A stretch of 64,000 bases of DNA from assembly GCA_965207455.1 (NCBI GenBank), contig CBDBMJ010000001.1:1-64000 (forward strand). The letters run 5' to 3'. How positions within the stretch are numbered: position 1 is the stretch's first letter; the number at the start of each line of letters is the position of its first letter. Source of the DNA: Bdellovibrionota bacterium (GTDB taxonomy: Bacteria; Bdellovibrionota; UBA1018; CAIPTA01; JAALKR01). Below the pieces are notes generated by a model. That model worked only from the letters and a program-made list of their open reading frames with translations. It searched no databases and was not told where the DNA came from. A program made the position numbers and the translations under genes. Below, piece after piece: positions 21,198 to 32,086 of the stretch.

Positions 21198-24100
21198 AGA
21201 GTCCCCTCAATATGTGCCCCTGCATTTGCATACACTGTATTCTCCTTTAGGGAGTACAGTACGCTTGCCCGATCTATTCCAAAAATGTAAGGAACGGGGA
21301 TTTCCGTCGGTGGCGATTACGGATCATGGGAGTCTTTGTGGAGCCATTGATTTTTATAAGGAGGGGAAAAAGGCTGGGATTCGTCCCATCTTTGGTTGCG
21401 ACGTGTATGTGCAACCCCCGGAAAACATCCAATCTCACAACCAGTCTCACCGTAGCGCTGCCACTTCCCTGCGGGTCACTCGCCTCGTCCTATTGGCGCA
21501 AAACCGCTCAGGCTACCAGGCTCTTTTACGTCTCATTTCCCGTGCCTACTTAGAAAACTTCAAAGGGGGTCGTCCCCTACTGGATCCCAAGTGGCTAGAG
21601 GGCGACGAGGGTAAACATTTAATTGCCATCTCCGGGGGATTGAAAAGTCCCATGGGATGGAATGTTCTCCATGGGGATATGGAGAGGGCAGCCCAGGAGT
21701 TTGAATTTTTACATCGTACCTTTGGGGATCGTTTTTATGGAGAGCTACAAGCCTCCCACTTGTCAGAGATGGAAGTAGTGAATAAGTGGATTTTAAAGGA
21801 GTGTAAAAAAAGAGGAGTAAAGCCAGTGGCCACTTCCAATGTACATTATTTGGAGAAAGAGGAGGCTGCCTCCTATGATGTGCTCACTTGTATTAAGTTA
21901 GGCAAAAACATTACAGATATAAAACGTAGATTGGTGTGTGAGGATTTTTGGTTACAGGACAGTAAAACCATGGGAGATTTTTTCTCCCATTGCCCTGACG
22001 CTTTGGCAAATACACTGGAGGTGGCAGATCGTTGCCAAGTGGAGTTGGAGTTTTCCAATGATAGGGGAGAGCCTATTTATCACCTTCCCACTTTTGAGAT
22101 TCCTGAAGAAGAGAAACCCACCACCTTGGAAGAGTACTTGCGTACGGAGGCGGAAAGGGGATTGAAAAAACGATTTCATCAGGGTGGTATCGAGGAGAAA
22201 ACAAAATATTACGATCGTTTGGATGTAGAGGTAAAGATGATCCAAAAAACAGGTTTTGCGGGATATTTTTTAATCGTTTACGACTTTATCCGTTGGGCAA
22301 AATCCAATGGAATTCCTGTGGGCCCTGGGCGAGGGTCAGGAGCGGGATCCCTTGTGGCTTGGGCATTAGAGATAACCAATATCGATCCCATTCCCTACAA
22401 CTTACTCTTTGAGCGATTTATCAATCCAGAGCGAGTTTCCATGCCTGACTTTGATGTGGACTTTTGCCCCACTCGAAGAGAAGAGGTGATTGATTATGTA
22501 AAAGAAAAGTATGGAAAAGAGAACGTGTCTCAGATTATTACTTTTGGTCGACTGCAAGCCAAGAACTGTATTCGGGATGTGGGTAGAGTGTTGGGCATGC
22601 CTTACGATGAGGTGGATAAAATTGCCAAGCTCGTTCCTGATCGTTTGGGAATTAAGCTCCAGGAAGCCCTGTCTCAGGAAGAGAAACTGCAGAAACTATG
22701 CGACGAGAACAGCACCGTTGCCAGTTTATTTCACCACGCCCTAAAGTTAGAGGGATTGATTCGAAACTTTGGAAAGCACGCAGGTGGAGTGATTATCACG
22801 GACCAGCCCATTACCAGTTACTCGCCTCTTTGCGTGGACACGGACGGCAACGTGATGACCCAGTTTGATAAAGACTCAGGGGAGATGGTTGGTCTGGTGA
22901 AGTTTGATTTTTTAGGCTTAAAGACGCTTACGCAAATAGAGAACACATTGGAATTGATTAACTCCGATCGTAAGGATCCCCTAAGTGTGGAAAATATTAT
23001 TCCGGACGAAAGCGCCCCCTTTGATCTTGTTTCTCGAGGAGAAACCATTGGAATTTTTCAATTGGAGTCTGGGGGAATGGTGGACCTTTGTAAGCGTATC
23101 GACCCCTGCAACTTAGATGAATTAGCTGTCATCAGTGCGCTGTATAGACCGGGTCCTTTGGAGTCGGGGATGGTTACGGATTTTATTGAGAGAAAGCATG
23201 GTCGTGTTCCCATCGAGTATTCCGTACAGAAATTGGAGCTCATACTCAAGGAAACATTTGGTGTGATTGTGTACCAGGAGCAAGTGATGCGTGTGGCGCA
23301 ACTTCTGGCCGGTTATACGTTGGGGGAGGCGGATATTCTTCGTCGTGCCATGGGGAAAAAGAAGGTCAAAGAAATGGCCGACCAAAAGGAACGTTTTGTA
23401 AAGGGTGCGCGGGAGAAAGAGAATATTTCAGAGGAAATTTCGGGTGCTATTTTTGAATTGATTGAGAAGTTTGCAGGTTACGGTTTTAACAAATCCCACG
23501 CAACAGCGTATGCCTATATTTCTTACCAGACGGCGTATTTAAAGCACCACTATCCGGCGCAATTTTTTGCAGGACTCTTGACTACGGATATGTCGGACAC
23601 GGATCGTTTAGCAAAGATCATTGGCAACGCAAAGGAGTCTGGGGTTCGGGTATTGGGTCCAGACATTAACGAGTCCAGGAGATTTTTCACGGTATTGGGT
23701 ACGGGCAAGGATCAAAAAATACGTTTTGGTTTAGAGGCCATTAAGTCGGTGGGTTATGGTGCGGTGGAGGATATACAAAGAGAGCGTAAGGAGAATGGTC
23801 CTTTTCATTCCTTGGCTAATTTTTGTAGTCGTATTTCCACTCGTAAGGTCAGTCGAAAGACAAGGGAAGCGCTCATTCAAGCGGGAGCGTTCGATGCCAT
23901 ACATGAGAGTGTGGGTAGTCGTAAGGCTTTGTTTGAGGCATTGCCTGCCATTATTAATTGGGGGTTAAGGGAGCAAGAGCATAAGGCTATGGGGCAGGAG
24001 AGTCTTTCCTTTGATACGGATGATGGACCGGGGTTACGGGGAGCCGAGCCTGAAGTGAAAAAAATTCCGGACTGGGAGCACGGGGAGCGATTGGATATGG

Positions 24101-24745
24101 AGCGAAGCCTTATGGGCTTTTATGTGAGTGGGCATCCAGTGGAGGCCTATGTTCCTTTGATTAAAACCCTTACCGATATGTCTATTGGAAGTGTGCAGGA
24201 GAAGGCTGCCACAAGCAGTGTTTTTGTGCCCTCTCCCGACGCCAAGCCCTGGCAAAATCGGTCGAAAAATGAATACACGTTAGTGGGTTTAGTGACGACT
24301 TTTCGTGAGATCCACACCAAAAAAGGTCAGCGCATGGCATTTGCCACCATGGAGGATTTAAGTGGTAAAATTGAGATGATTTGTTTTCCCAGGGTTTATG
24401 AGAAGTTTGGAGAGGAGATGCGGGTGGGGAAACTCATCGTGGCAAGAGGAAACATAGAGGCCAAGGAGAAAATAGCTAAAATTCTTCTTTCTTCTGTGCG
24501 ACCGTTAGCAGAGTATAGTGAGAAAGAAAGGCAAGACCCACCCATGGTTTTTTTCCGACTGGACAGCGAGCAGACCACGAGAGGTCAGCTCCAAGCGCTC
24601 CATGATATTTGCAGGAGACATAAGGGAAAAAGTAAGGCTATAATTGAATACTCTATGGGTAATGAGGTTAAGGCAAAGATGGAGTTACCGGGGGATCTAA
24701 AGGTTTCACCTGGATGTGAGTTTATTAATGAAGTAAGGAGGGTTT

Positions 24746-25951
24746 TTGGTGCGGACATTTTATCTTTTCATTAGGCGAAGAATATTGCTCTTTGCTGCTT
24801 TGGTTTCCATTTTTTTATGCTCGTTTTCCGTATTGGCAACGAATCTATATAGTCTTGTTGTCAGTGGCACCACGATTGACGCAGCTTTGATCACCGCACT
24901 GGAGATAGCATTGAGGAAAAACATTTCCCTTCCTGGGAAAACACGGAAGAGGATACTGGAAGCAGAAATTATTCCCATGGTTGGTCAGTTTATCCCCAGC
25001 CATCGAGTGGTTCAGGATAGAGGGGACGGGGATGAGTTAATCATTCGTGCGAGGGTGGATTTGGATTCGCTCAACGCGATTTTCTCCTTAGTGCAGAAAA
25101 AACCCACTAGGGCTGCTATTTTTATCAAAGGGCATAAGGATGGCATGCCTTGGAAAAGTGTTCCCTATGAGGAGAGGGAAGAGTTGTTAGTGGGTCGAAT
25201 AGAAAAGATGGCCACTGGTTATTTTTTGAGAAGAGGAATAAAAACCACAGCTCGAACAAACTCCCACTTGGAATATATAAATTTTGATAGTGTTTCTGAA
25301 GATTCTGGAGCTATGTTAAGGGCTGTGGCAGAAAAACAAGGATTGGATTTTGTTTTATTTATCCATACTTACTTTCAGAGAAAGAATATTAAAAATAGTA
25401 GTCGCAGGGTGCTTCGCATGTATATGGATACCGAGCTGTACGATAAAAAGAATAGCCTGCTTTTGGCTTCCTACCAGGGGAGTATTCCCATGTCCTTGGG
25501 TGCTAGGGCCATTGAAAGTACCTACCCGGGTGTGCAGGAGCAAGTGGATTCTCTTATAAAAAATACACTTTATAATTTATTTATAAAATCGGGTAGAAAC
25601 TATTTAGCTACCATAAAAAGTCAATCCTATCTCACTCTTAGGGTGTTGAATCCTTTGAGTTATGGATCGCTGGAGAAATTGCAGGCAGCTGTGGCAGAAT
25701 TGCCTAAAGTGAAATCCATCGTACCTAGAGCAGCTCAGCAGGGACGTTTTGATTACTGGATCGACATTCCTCGTAGCTATATACCCAAGCTCATGAAGGC
25801 AATTGCAAACATAAAGATAGAGGGTTTTACTGTTTTTAGTGTGATCAATCGAACTGAGAATTCTAACAACCCCACCATAGCCCTGCGTATGGAAAAGAAA
25901 CCCATAACAGGGGCAGGCAGCAAAGGAGAAAAAAGTGAAAATAAAAATTAA
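24746..25951 (+). CDS. Hypothetical exported protein
   Basis: Signal peptide; 401-aa ORF overlapping both neighbours. Confidence 0.6.
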   Translation: MVRTFYLFIRRRILLFAALVSIFLCSFSVLATNLYSLVVSGTTIDAALITALEIALRKNISLPGKTRKRILEAEIIPMVGQFIPSHRVVQDRGDGDELIIRARVDLDSLNAIFSLVQKKPTRAAIFIKGHKDGMPWKSVPYEEREELLVGRIEKMATGYFLRRGIKTTARTNSHLEYINFDSVSEDSGAMLRAVAEKQGLDFVLFIHTYFQRKNIKNSSRRVLRMYMDTELYDKKNSLLLASYQGSIPMSLGARAIESTYPGVQEQVDSLIKNTLYNLFIKSGRNYLATIKSQSYLTLRVLNPLSYGSLEKLQAAVAELPKVKSIVPRAAQQGRFDYWIDIPRSYIPKLMKAIANIKIEGFTVFSVINRTENSNNPTIALRMEKKPITGAGSKGEKSENKN

Positions 25952-26957
25952 ATATTTTTTATTTTTGTCGTGTTCAGCGTTTGTTCTATGGAGTTGTGCC
26001 AAGTCCAATGTGTATAGAAAGGATCAGGCCTTGAGGCAGCGACTAGAATCCTTGGAGCAAGAGCAAGTGGAGTTAAAGGGAAAATTACAGATACGCCTAG
26101 CGCGCGCTCGATCACAAAAAAAAGCCCTCTCCAAGTCTGAGGGAAAAAATAAGGAAATTATATTGAAAAAAAGTACGGTGCTTCTTCCTTTCTGGAATAG
26201 CTCAGATAAGAAAGGTGATGTCCCTCTCGCACTTCACGAAGAGATTCTTGAGTTTTTGGAAAGTGAGCCAGAATTTAAAGTTATACATCGAGACAAAATT
26301 TTTAAGGTGAGTAGGGATTTCTACAACGATAAGAAAGAAATTAAATTGCAGAAGTTGGTAAAGTTAGGCATGGATTTGGACGCTTCCTTAATTGTTATGG
26401 GTCGCATTGGAAGTATCCATGTTCATAAAAAAGATGAGAGTGTGGGGTTTGTTCGTCCAAAAACATATGGGTTGAGCGTAGAATTGGAAGCCCGTTTGAT
26501 TAGTATAAACGACGCGAGACAGATGGCTGTGATACGCAAAAGAGCTACAAAGTCCATAAGATCCTTGAGCTTTATGGATGGAGACTCTAAGATGAGTCAG
26601 GATATATACCAAACTATGTTAGGGATAGTACTTAGGGATGCAACTCGAAAGATACTATCCGAACTTCCTCGAATAGCGAGTCGTGTTGACTGGCAAGGAA
26701 AAATAGCTAAGGTTGACGGAGATAAGATTTATATTACTGCGGGGCAGTCCACGGGTTTAGAGTTAGGAGATATATTGAAAGTTGTTTCCAAAAGTGAAGA
26801 CATATTGGATCCTCAAACGGGCAGGTTCTTAGGTAAAACGAGAGGAACGGTAAAGGGAACAGTGGAGATAACGGGTTATTTTGGTACAGACGGATCGATC
26901 ACACGGCTTCACTCTGGAGGTAGCTTCCAGCGAAACGATACAGTGAGGCTTTACTAA
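25935..26957 (+). CDS. Lipoprotein with a CsgG-like middle and a FlgT-like C-terminal domain
   Basis: Lipobox LWSC; WQGKIAKVDGDKIYITAG..GLELGD..DPQTG..LG. Confidence 0.65.
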   Translation: MKIKIKYFLFLSCSAFVLWSCAKSNVYRKDQALRQRLESLEQEQVELKGKLQIRLARARSQKKALSKSEGKNKEIILKKSTVLLPFWNSSDKKGDVPLALHEEILEFLESEPEFKVIHRDKIFKVSRDFYNDKKEIKLQKLVKLGMDLDASLIVMGRIGSIHVHKKDESVGFVRPKTYGLSVELEARLISINDARQMAVIRKRATKSIRSLSFMDGDSKMSQDIYQTMLGIVLRDATRKILSELPRIASRVDWQGKIAKVDGDKIYITAGQSTGLELGDILKVVSKSEDILDPQTGRFLGKTRGTVKGTVEITGYFGTDGSITRLHSGGSFQRNDTVRLY

Positions 26958-28045
26958 TGAATGACATAGAAGCAAGAGTTATCATCCTACCGTATAAAAA
27001 AATCATTCTAGGTACCTGCGCCTTTGTCCTAGTTGTCAGCTTTTTATTGAGTTTTCCCTATTTAAATAATGTTTATATCCCAGCGCTAGTGAGTTATTTC
27101 CTGGCTTTTCTTCTCAGTCCCACGGTGGACTATGCGGAAAAAAGAGGGTTTGGTCGTGTTGGTCCCATTGCTGTTTTGCTGCTTTTTTTCTTTTTCGCTC
27201 TTGTTTTCATGATTATATTGATCGTGCCCAGGCTTACCATTCAGCTCAAGGATCTATTTCATGAAGTGCCCAGTCTTGTGGACAGTCTCACTTTTTGGTT
27301 CGTCCCCTATTCCATAGAATATTTAGGTTACGATATTTTCAGTGATTGGAAAAAATTTATTGGAGATATTTTACCTCAGATCAGTACCCTGCCCGCAAAC
27401 GCCATTGTGAGTAACCTGTTTAACAGTACGATTCATGCCTTGGGTACCCTTGTTTCCGTGCTCCTAGTACCTGTTCTTACCTTTTATATGCTCAAGGATT
27501 ACCATCTTATCAATGCATCTATTTTGAAGCTCATGCCCCGCAGGCATGTGCCGGCTGTGCAGGAAGTATCCCGTAGACTTGCGCTCGTACTCGGTGGTTT
27601 AATTAGGGGGCAGTTCCTAGTGTGTGCCATTTTAGCTACTTTTTATATGATTGCTCTCACTGCTGTGGGTATGGATTTGAGTTTAATTATTGGTATCCTT
27701 GCGGGAATTTTAAATATTATTCCTTTTGTGGGTCCGTTGATTGCTTTGGTATTTTCCATACTCATTAGTGTGCTTGGAGGTAAAGGGCTTTCACTTTGTG
27801 CTGGTATAGTGGGTGTGTTTCTAGTGGCTAACCTATTAGACAATACCGTGTTGACTCCTAAAATCGTGGGTAAAAAAATGGGAGTGAGTTCACTCACTGT
27901 TATTTTAGTTTTAATTGCAGGAGGAGAGCTGCTAGGGTTTTTAGGTATGCTGTTGGCCCTGCCCGTTACTGCAATGGTTAAAGTCTTGAGTGGGTATATG
28001 ATAGAGCAATATTTTTCTACCCCTTATTACAAAAGTAGTGAGTAG
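26957..28045 (+). CDS. AI-2E family transporter
   Basis: FLLSPTV, IRGQ, IPFVGP, LTPKIVG, GFLGMLLALP. Confidence 0.9.
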   Translation: MNDIEARVIILPYKKIILGTCAFVLVVSFLLSFPYLNNVYIPALVSYFLAFLLSPTVDYAEKRGFGRVGPIAVLLLFFFFALVFMIILIVPRLTIQLKDLFHEVPSLVDSLTFWFVPYSIEYLGYDIFSDWKKFIGDILPQISTLPANAIVSNLFNSTIHALGTLVSVLLVPVLTFYMLKDYHLINASILKLMPRRHVPAVQEVSRRLALVLGGLIRGQFLVCAILATFYMIALTAVGMDLSLIIGILAGILNIIPFVGPLIALVFSILISVLGGKGLSLCAGIVGVFLVANLLDNTVLTPKIVGKKMGVSSLTVILVLIAGGELLGFLGMLLALPVTAMVKVLSGYMIEQYFSTPYYKSSE

Positions 28046-28083
28046 GGAAAATATATGTTACATACAGTAATGAGAGATAGAAA

Positions 28084-28842
28084 ATGAACGAAAAAAAATT
28101 TTTAGAATATAGACAAAAATGCACTTATGAGCAAGCTCTTCGTTACCAAGGATTTTTAAACGAAGAAAACCATACGGGTCTATTTGCTTTTTCTTGTCCA
28201 CCTACGATCACATTGGGAATTGCTTCCGACACGGAAAAAGAACTTTTAGTGTCACCTGCTTTTTTAAAGGAGAAAAATTTTACTATTTTACAAACAGATC
28301 GGGGAGGTAAGGCTACTTTCCACGGTCCTGGGCAACTCCTGGCTTTTCCTTTAGGCAATTTAAAAACATTATATAACGATCGGTTTGCGGCACGTAGGTT
28401 CACAGAGGAGCTTCTTCTTGGTCTTGCCCATGCTTGTGCGGCCCTTGGGGTGCGAAGTGTGGAAGCGAGAAAAGGTTTTCCCGGCATTTGGACAAGTAGA
28501 GGAAAGCTTATTTCCATGGGGTTTGCCATAAAAGATGGTTATATTTTTCATGGATTTTCCATAAACATTACGAACCAATGTTTAGGAGGGTTTAGTGTAA
28601 TACAACCTTGTGGTGTAAATAACTGTCCCATTACTTCCTTGGAAGCAGAAAATGTTTCCGTTAAAGATCCTTTGGAGCTTACCCAAACGATTGCTCCCTA
28701 TTTAAGTAATTTATTTAGCCGCACGGATGGGCAAGAAAGATTTAATTATAAGGATGTTTATCCCAGCATTGAGTCTATTTTTTCTAAAGATTATGTGTCT
28801 TCAAAAAAAATAGGCATTAAGGAAAGCCATGCTGAAAATTGA
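28084..28842 (+). CDS. lipB: Lipoyl(octanoyl) transferase
   Basis: TDRGGKATFHGPGQL, KLISMG, HGFSIN, QPCG. Confidence 0.9.
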   Translation: MNEKKFLEYRQKCTYEQALRYQGFLNEENHTGLFAFSCPPTITLGIASDTEKELLVSPAFLKEKNFTILQTDRGGKATFHGPGQLLAFPLGNLKTLYNDRFAARRFTEELLLGLAHACAALGVRSVEARKGFPGIWTSRGKLISMGFAIKDGYIFHGFSINITNQCLGGFSVIQPCGVNNCPITSLEAENVSVKDPLELTQTIAPYLSNLFSRTDGQERFNYKDVYPSIESIFSKDYVSSKKIGIKESHAEN

Positions 28843-29725
28843 TTTGAGTGGGAAGTTAGCTTTAGTGGCAGGTGTTGCTGACGATCAAGGTTTTGGTTGG
28901 GCGATTACTAAATCCTTAGCAGCAGCGGGAGCGAAAATTATTCTTGCAGCTTGGCCTCCTGCCTTTAAGATATTGGAAATGTCCCTTAATCGAGGAAAGC
29001 TGAACACAGCCTTACCCGAAGGCAAAGAACTGTCTGTGGAACATATCTATCCCTTGGACGCTGTCTACGATCGACGCGAAGATGCTCCAGAAGAAATACG
29101 CACCAATAAAAGATATTCCAACCTAGGTGATTTCAGTATTCAGGGTTTGCGAAAAAACATAGAGCGAGATTATGGAAAAGACAGTCTTGCCGTTGTAGTG
29201 CATTCGTTAGCCAATGGTCCTGAGGTGTCCAAGCCCCTTATGCAAACCTCCCGTACTGGTTACTTGGCAGCGAACTCTGCCAGTGCCTATTCGTTTGTAA
29301 GTATGATCCAAAACCTATCGCCCATAATGCCCAAGGGAGGAGCTTTTTTAGCCCTATCTTACTTGGCAGCCCATAGGGCGGTTCCGGGTTACGGTGGAGG
29401 AATGTCATCGGCAAAAGCTAGCCTAGAATCAGATACAAAAACTCTTTCCTACGAGGCAGGACGTGAGTTTGGTCATCGTGTAAATACAATTAGTGCTGGA
29501 CCACTGGCTTCCCGAGCAGCCCGCTCCATTGGCTTTGTGGATGCAATGATATCGTACAGTGAAGCCCATGCACCACTACAGGATTCCCTCAAAGCGGCAG
29601 ATGTGGGAAACACCGCTGCCTTTCTTTGCTCCCCCTTAGCGGCAGGTATTACGGGCAGTACGGTGTATGTGGACAAAGGCATGCACGTTATGGGACCAGA
29701 TCCCGACGATGAAAGTGCGCTCTAG
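28829..29725 (+). CDS. fabI: Enoyl-ACP reductase, plant/chlamydial-type, copy 1
   Basis: GVADDQGFGWAI, HSLANGPEV, GYGGGMSSAK, NTISAGPL. Confidence 0.93.
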   Translation: MLKIDLSGKLALVAGVADDQGFGWAITKSLAAAGAKIILAAWPPAFKILEMSLNRGKLNTALPEGKELSVEHIYPLDAVYDRREDAPEEIRTNKRYSNLGDFSIQGLRKNIERDYGKDSLAVVVHSLANGPEVSKPLMQTSRTGYLAANSASAYSFVSMIQNLSPIMPKGGAFLALSYLAAHRAVPGYGGGMSSAKASLESDTKTLSYEAGREFGHRVNTISAGPLASRAARSIGFVDAMISYSEAHAPLQDSLKAADVGNTAAFLCSPLAAGITGSTVYVDKGMHVMGPDPDDESAL

Positions 29726-29740
29726 CCTAATTTTAGGCAC

Positions 29741-29777
29741 AAAAAAAGCCTTCTTCATTTCTAAAGAAAGCTTTCTT
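29741..29777 (-). terminator. Intrinsic terminator of cassette gene 1 (also present in unit 3 at about 34982-35018; absent in unit 2)
   Basis: Minus-strand stem AAGCUUUCUU/AAGAAGGCUU running into a U-tract. Confidence 0.7.
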
Positions 29778-29850
29778 GTATTCTAGAGTAAATAAATACT
29801 TATCGGTCGAGGCCAAGCATTCGTCTGACATTATCGGCTGGATCAGTTTT

Positions 29851-30627
29851 TTATTCTTTTAATTTTTGTGCTTCCGCCTTAACAGATTCAAGTATTGGTT
29901 GAAGCGTCGGCGAATTCCTCTCATAAGCCTCATGAGCCGCTTCTAGTGCCTCACTGTCAGTAGGTGTCGAAGCAACTGCCACAAAAGCAACTAGGTCTTT
30001 ACCAGAGAATCCTGTTAGCCACCTGATTATGCTTTCCCCAATTATTTTATTTTGCTCATCAGAAAATTCCTCTGTTTTGAAAGAATCAAAAATCCTTTTT
30101 GGTATAGTATTGCGAAAAAGTATTAGCAGTTTGGTTGGTGTACTTTGCCATATTTCCCATATTTCTTCGTACATTACTTCTTTTGTTGGATCTTCTGTAG
30201 GTGCACAATAACCTTCAACAAAATTATTCTCCAAGTTCTTCCAAGGTGAAGAAGCCACTCTGTAACGAGCCAAGTCATAATCGAATGCTACTGGCATTTC
30301 ATTCACAATACAGCTTGCCGTGCCAAAAGATAACTGACCTGGTTTGTCTCCATGGGTAACAGTGCAATTATTCAATTTTGAAATTTCCTGACTCTCCATA
30401 TTGTGGGTTTTACTATTATATATAACCATTCTTCCCAATTTCACTTTTGTAGTGACACCAGCAGGGACGCTTTCTGGGATATGATCGAGGGCAAGCGTAT
30501 TTCGATACTCTCTAAGAACATAGTTTGTTCCTTTTAATTCCATATCACAAAAATACTTTTCCTCTTCCGCTAACGCTACATTTGAACATAGGGCTATTAA
30601 ACCCACTCCTATAATTATATTTTTCAT
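29851..30627 (-). CDS. Unknown secreted protein, cassette allele A (258 aa)
   Basis: SD aaaggag; signal peptide MKNIIIGVGLIALCSNVALA; four conserved Cys in the mature region. Confidence 0.8.
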   Translation of the reverse strand: MKNIIIGVGLIALCSNVALAEEEKYFCDMELKGTNYVLREYRNTLALDHIPESVPAGVTTKVKLGRMVIYNSKTHNMESQEISKLNNCTVTHGDKPGQLSFGTASCIVNEMPVAFDYDLARYRVASSPWKNLENNFVEGYCAPTEDPTKEVMYEEIWEIWQSTPTKLLILFRNTIPKRIFDSFKTEEFSDEQNKIIGESIIRWLTGFSGKDLVAFVAVASTPTDSEALEAAHEAYERNSPTLQPILESVKAEAQKLKE

Positions 30628-30651
30628 CTTTCGTTCTCCTTTATTATATGG

Positions 30652-30734
30652 GTTGCGCTGCCGCTTATGAGACAACGCAACGCATTTTTGTTTTAATTGA
30701 TTTACATCATAGAGGAGGTATTGCGATAAGTCAA
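30652..30734 (-). promoter_or_regulatory. Sigma70-type promoter plus 5'UTR hairpin of the cassette gene (repeated at +2922 and +5214)
   Basis: TTGACT-17nt-TATGAT at 30734-30706; 11-bp stem GUUGCGUUGUC/GGCAGCGCAAC at 30681-30652. Confidence 0.75.
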
Positions 30735-30814
30735 ATATTTTTTGAAGCAAAGCAAAAAAAATAAATGCCTGATTTTATTGGATTATTTGAGAAATTTAGC
30801 TCTTTTTATTCAAT

Positions 30815-31161
30815 GTAGAGGAAAGCTTATTTCCATGGGGTTTGCCATAAAAGATGGTTATATTTTTCATGGATTTTCCATAAACATTACGAACCAATGT
30901 TTAGGAGGGTTTAGTGTAATACAACCTTGTGGTGTAAATAACTGTCCCATTACTTCCTTGGAAGCAGAAAATGTTTCCGTTAAAGATCCTTTGGAGCTTA
31001 CCCAAACGATTGCTCCCTATTTAAGTAATTTATTTAGCCGCACGGATGGGCAAGAAAGATTTAATTATAAGGATGTTTATCCCAGCATTGAGTCTATTTT
31101 TTCTAAAGATTATGTGTCTTCAAAAAAAATAGGCATTAAGGAAAGCCATGCTGAAAATTGA
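30815..31161 (+). pseudogene. lipB: 3' fragment of lipB (duplicated)
   Basis: Identical to 28496-28842; lacks the N-terminal RGGxxTxHGPGQ half. Confidence 0.9.
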
Positions 31162-32044
31162 TTTGAGTGGGAAGTTAGCTTTAGTGGCAGGTGTTGCTGA
31201 CGATCAAGGTTTTGGTTGGGCGATTACTAAATCCTTAGCAGCAGCGGGAGCGAAAATTATTCTTGCAGCTTGGCCTCCTGCCTTTAAGATATTGGAAATG
31301 TCCCTTAATCGAGGAAAGCTGAACACAGCCTTACCCGAAGGCAAAGAACTGTCTGTGGAACATATCTATCCCTTGGACGCTGTCTACGATCGACGCGAAG
31401 ATGCTCCAGAAGAAATACGCACCAATAAAAGATATTCCAACCTAGGTGATTTCAGTATTCAGGGTTTGCGAAAAAACATAGAGCGAGATTATGGAAAAGA
31501 CAGTCTTGCCGTTGTAGTGCATTCGTTAGCCAATGGTCCTGAGGTGTCCAAGCCCCTTATGCAAACCTCCCGTACTGGTTACTTGGCAGCGAACTCTGCC
31601 AGTGCCTATTCGTTTGTAAGTATGATCCAAAACCTATCGCCCATAATGCCCAAGGGAGGAGCTTTTTTAGCCCTATCTTACTTGGCAGCCCATAGGGCAG
31701 TTCCGGGTTACGGTGGAGGAATGTCATCGGCAAAAGCTAGCCTAGAATCAGATACAAAAACTCTTTCCTACGAGGCAGGACGTGAGTTTAGTCATCGTGT
31801 AAATACAATTAGTGCTGGACCACTGGCTTCCCGAGCAGCCCGCTCCATTGGCTTTGTGGATGCAATGATATCGTACAGTGAAGCCCATGCACCACTACAG
31901 GATTCCCTCAAAGCGGCAGATGTGGGAAACACCGCTGCCTTTCTTTGCTCCCCCTTAGCGGCAGGCATTACGGGCAGTACGGTGTACGTGGACAAAGGCA
32001 TGCACGTTATGGGACCAGATCCCGACGATGAAAGTGCGCTCTAG
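31148..32044 (+). CDS. fabI: Enoyl-ACP reductase, copy 2
   Basis: Identical protein to copy 1 except REFG>REFS. Confidence 0.92.
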   Translation: MLKIDLSGKLALVAGVADDQGFGWAITKSLAAAGAKIILAAWPPAFKILEMSLNRGKLNTALPEGKELSVEHIYPLDAVYDRREDAPEEIRTNKRYSNLGDFSIQGLRKNIERDYGKDSLAVVVHSLANGPEVSKPLMQTSRTGYLAANSASAYSFVSMIQNLSPIMPKGGAFLALSYLAAHRAVPGYGGGMSSAKASLESDTKTLSYEAGREFSHRVNTISAGPLASRAARSIGFVDAMISYSEAHAPLQDSLKAADVGNTAAFLCSPLAAGITGSTVYVDKGMHVMGPDPDDESAL

Positions 32045-32086
32045 CCTAATTTTTTCTATAACGGCGTGATTTGAAATTACTTGGCA

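Noticed and set aside
30628..30750. 41-aa N-terminal extension of the cassette ORFs
   Set aside because: It spans the promoter and hairpin; the SD and signal peptide place the start at 30627 (33549 and 35841 in the other units).
30742..31161. 139-aa ORF (and its twin at 33664-34083) as a new gene
   Set aside because: It is a chance fusion of intergenic DNA to the lipB 3' half at the duplication junction; it has no SD and lacks the catalytic N-terminal half.
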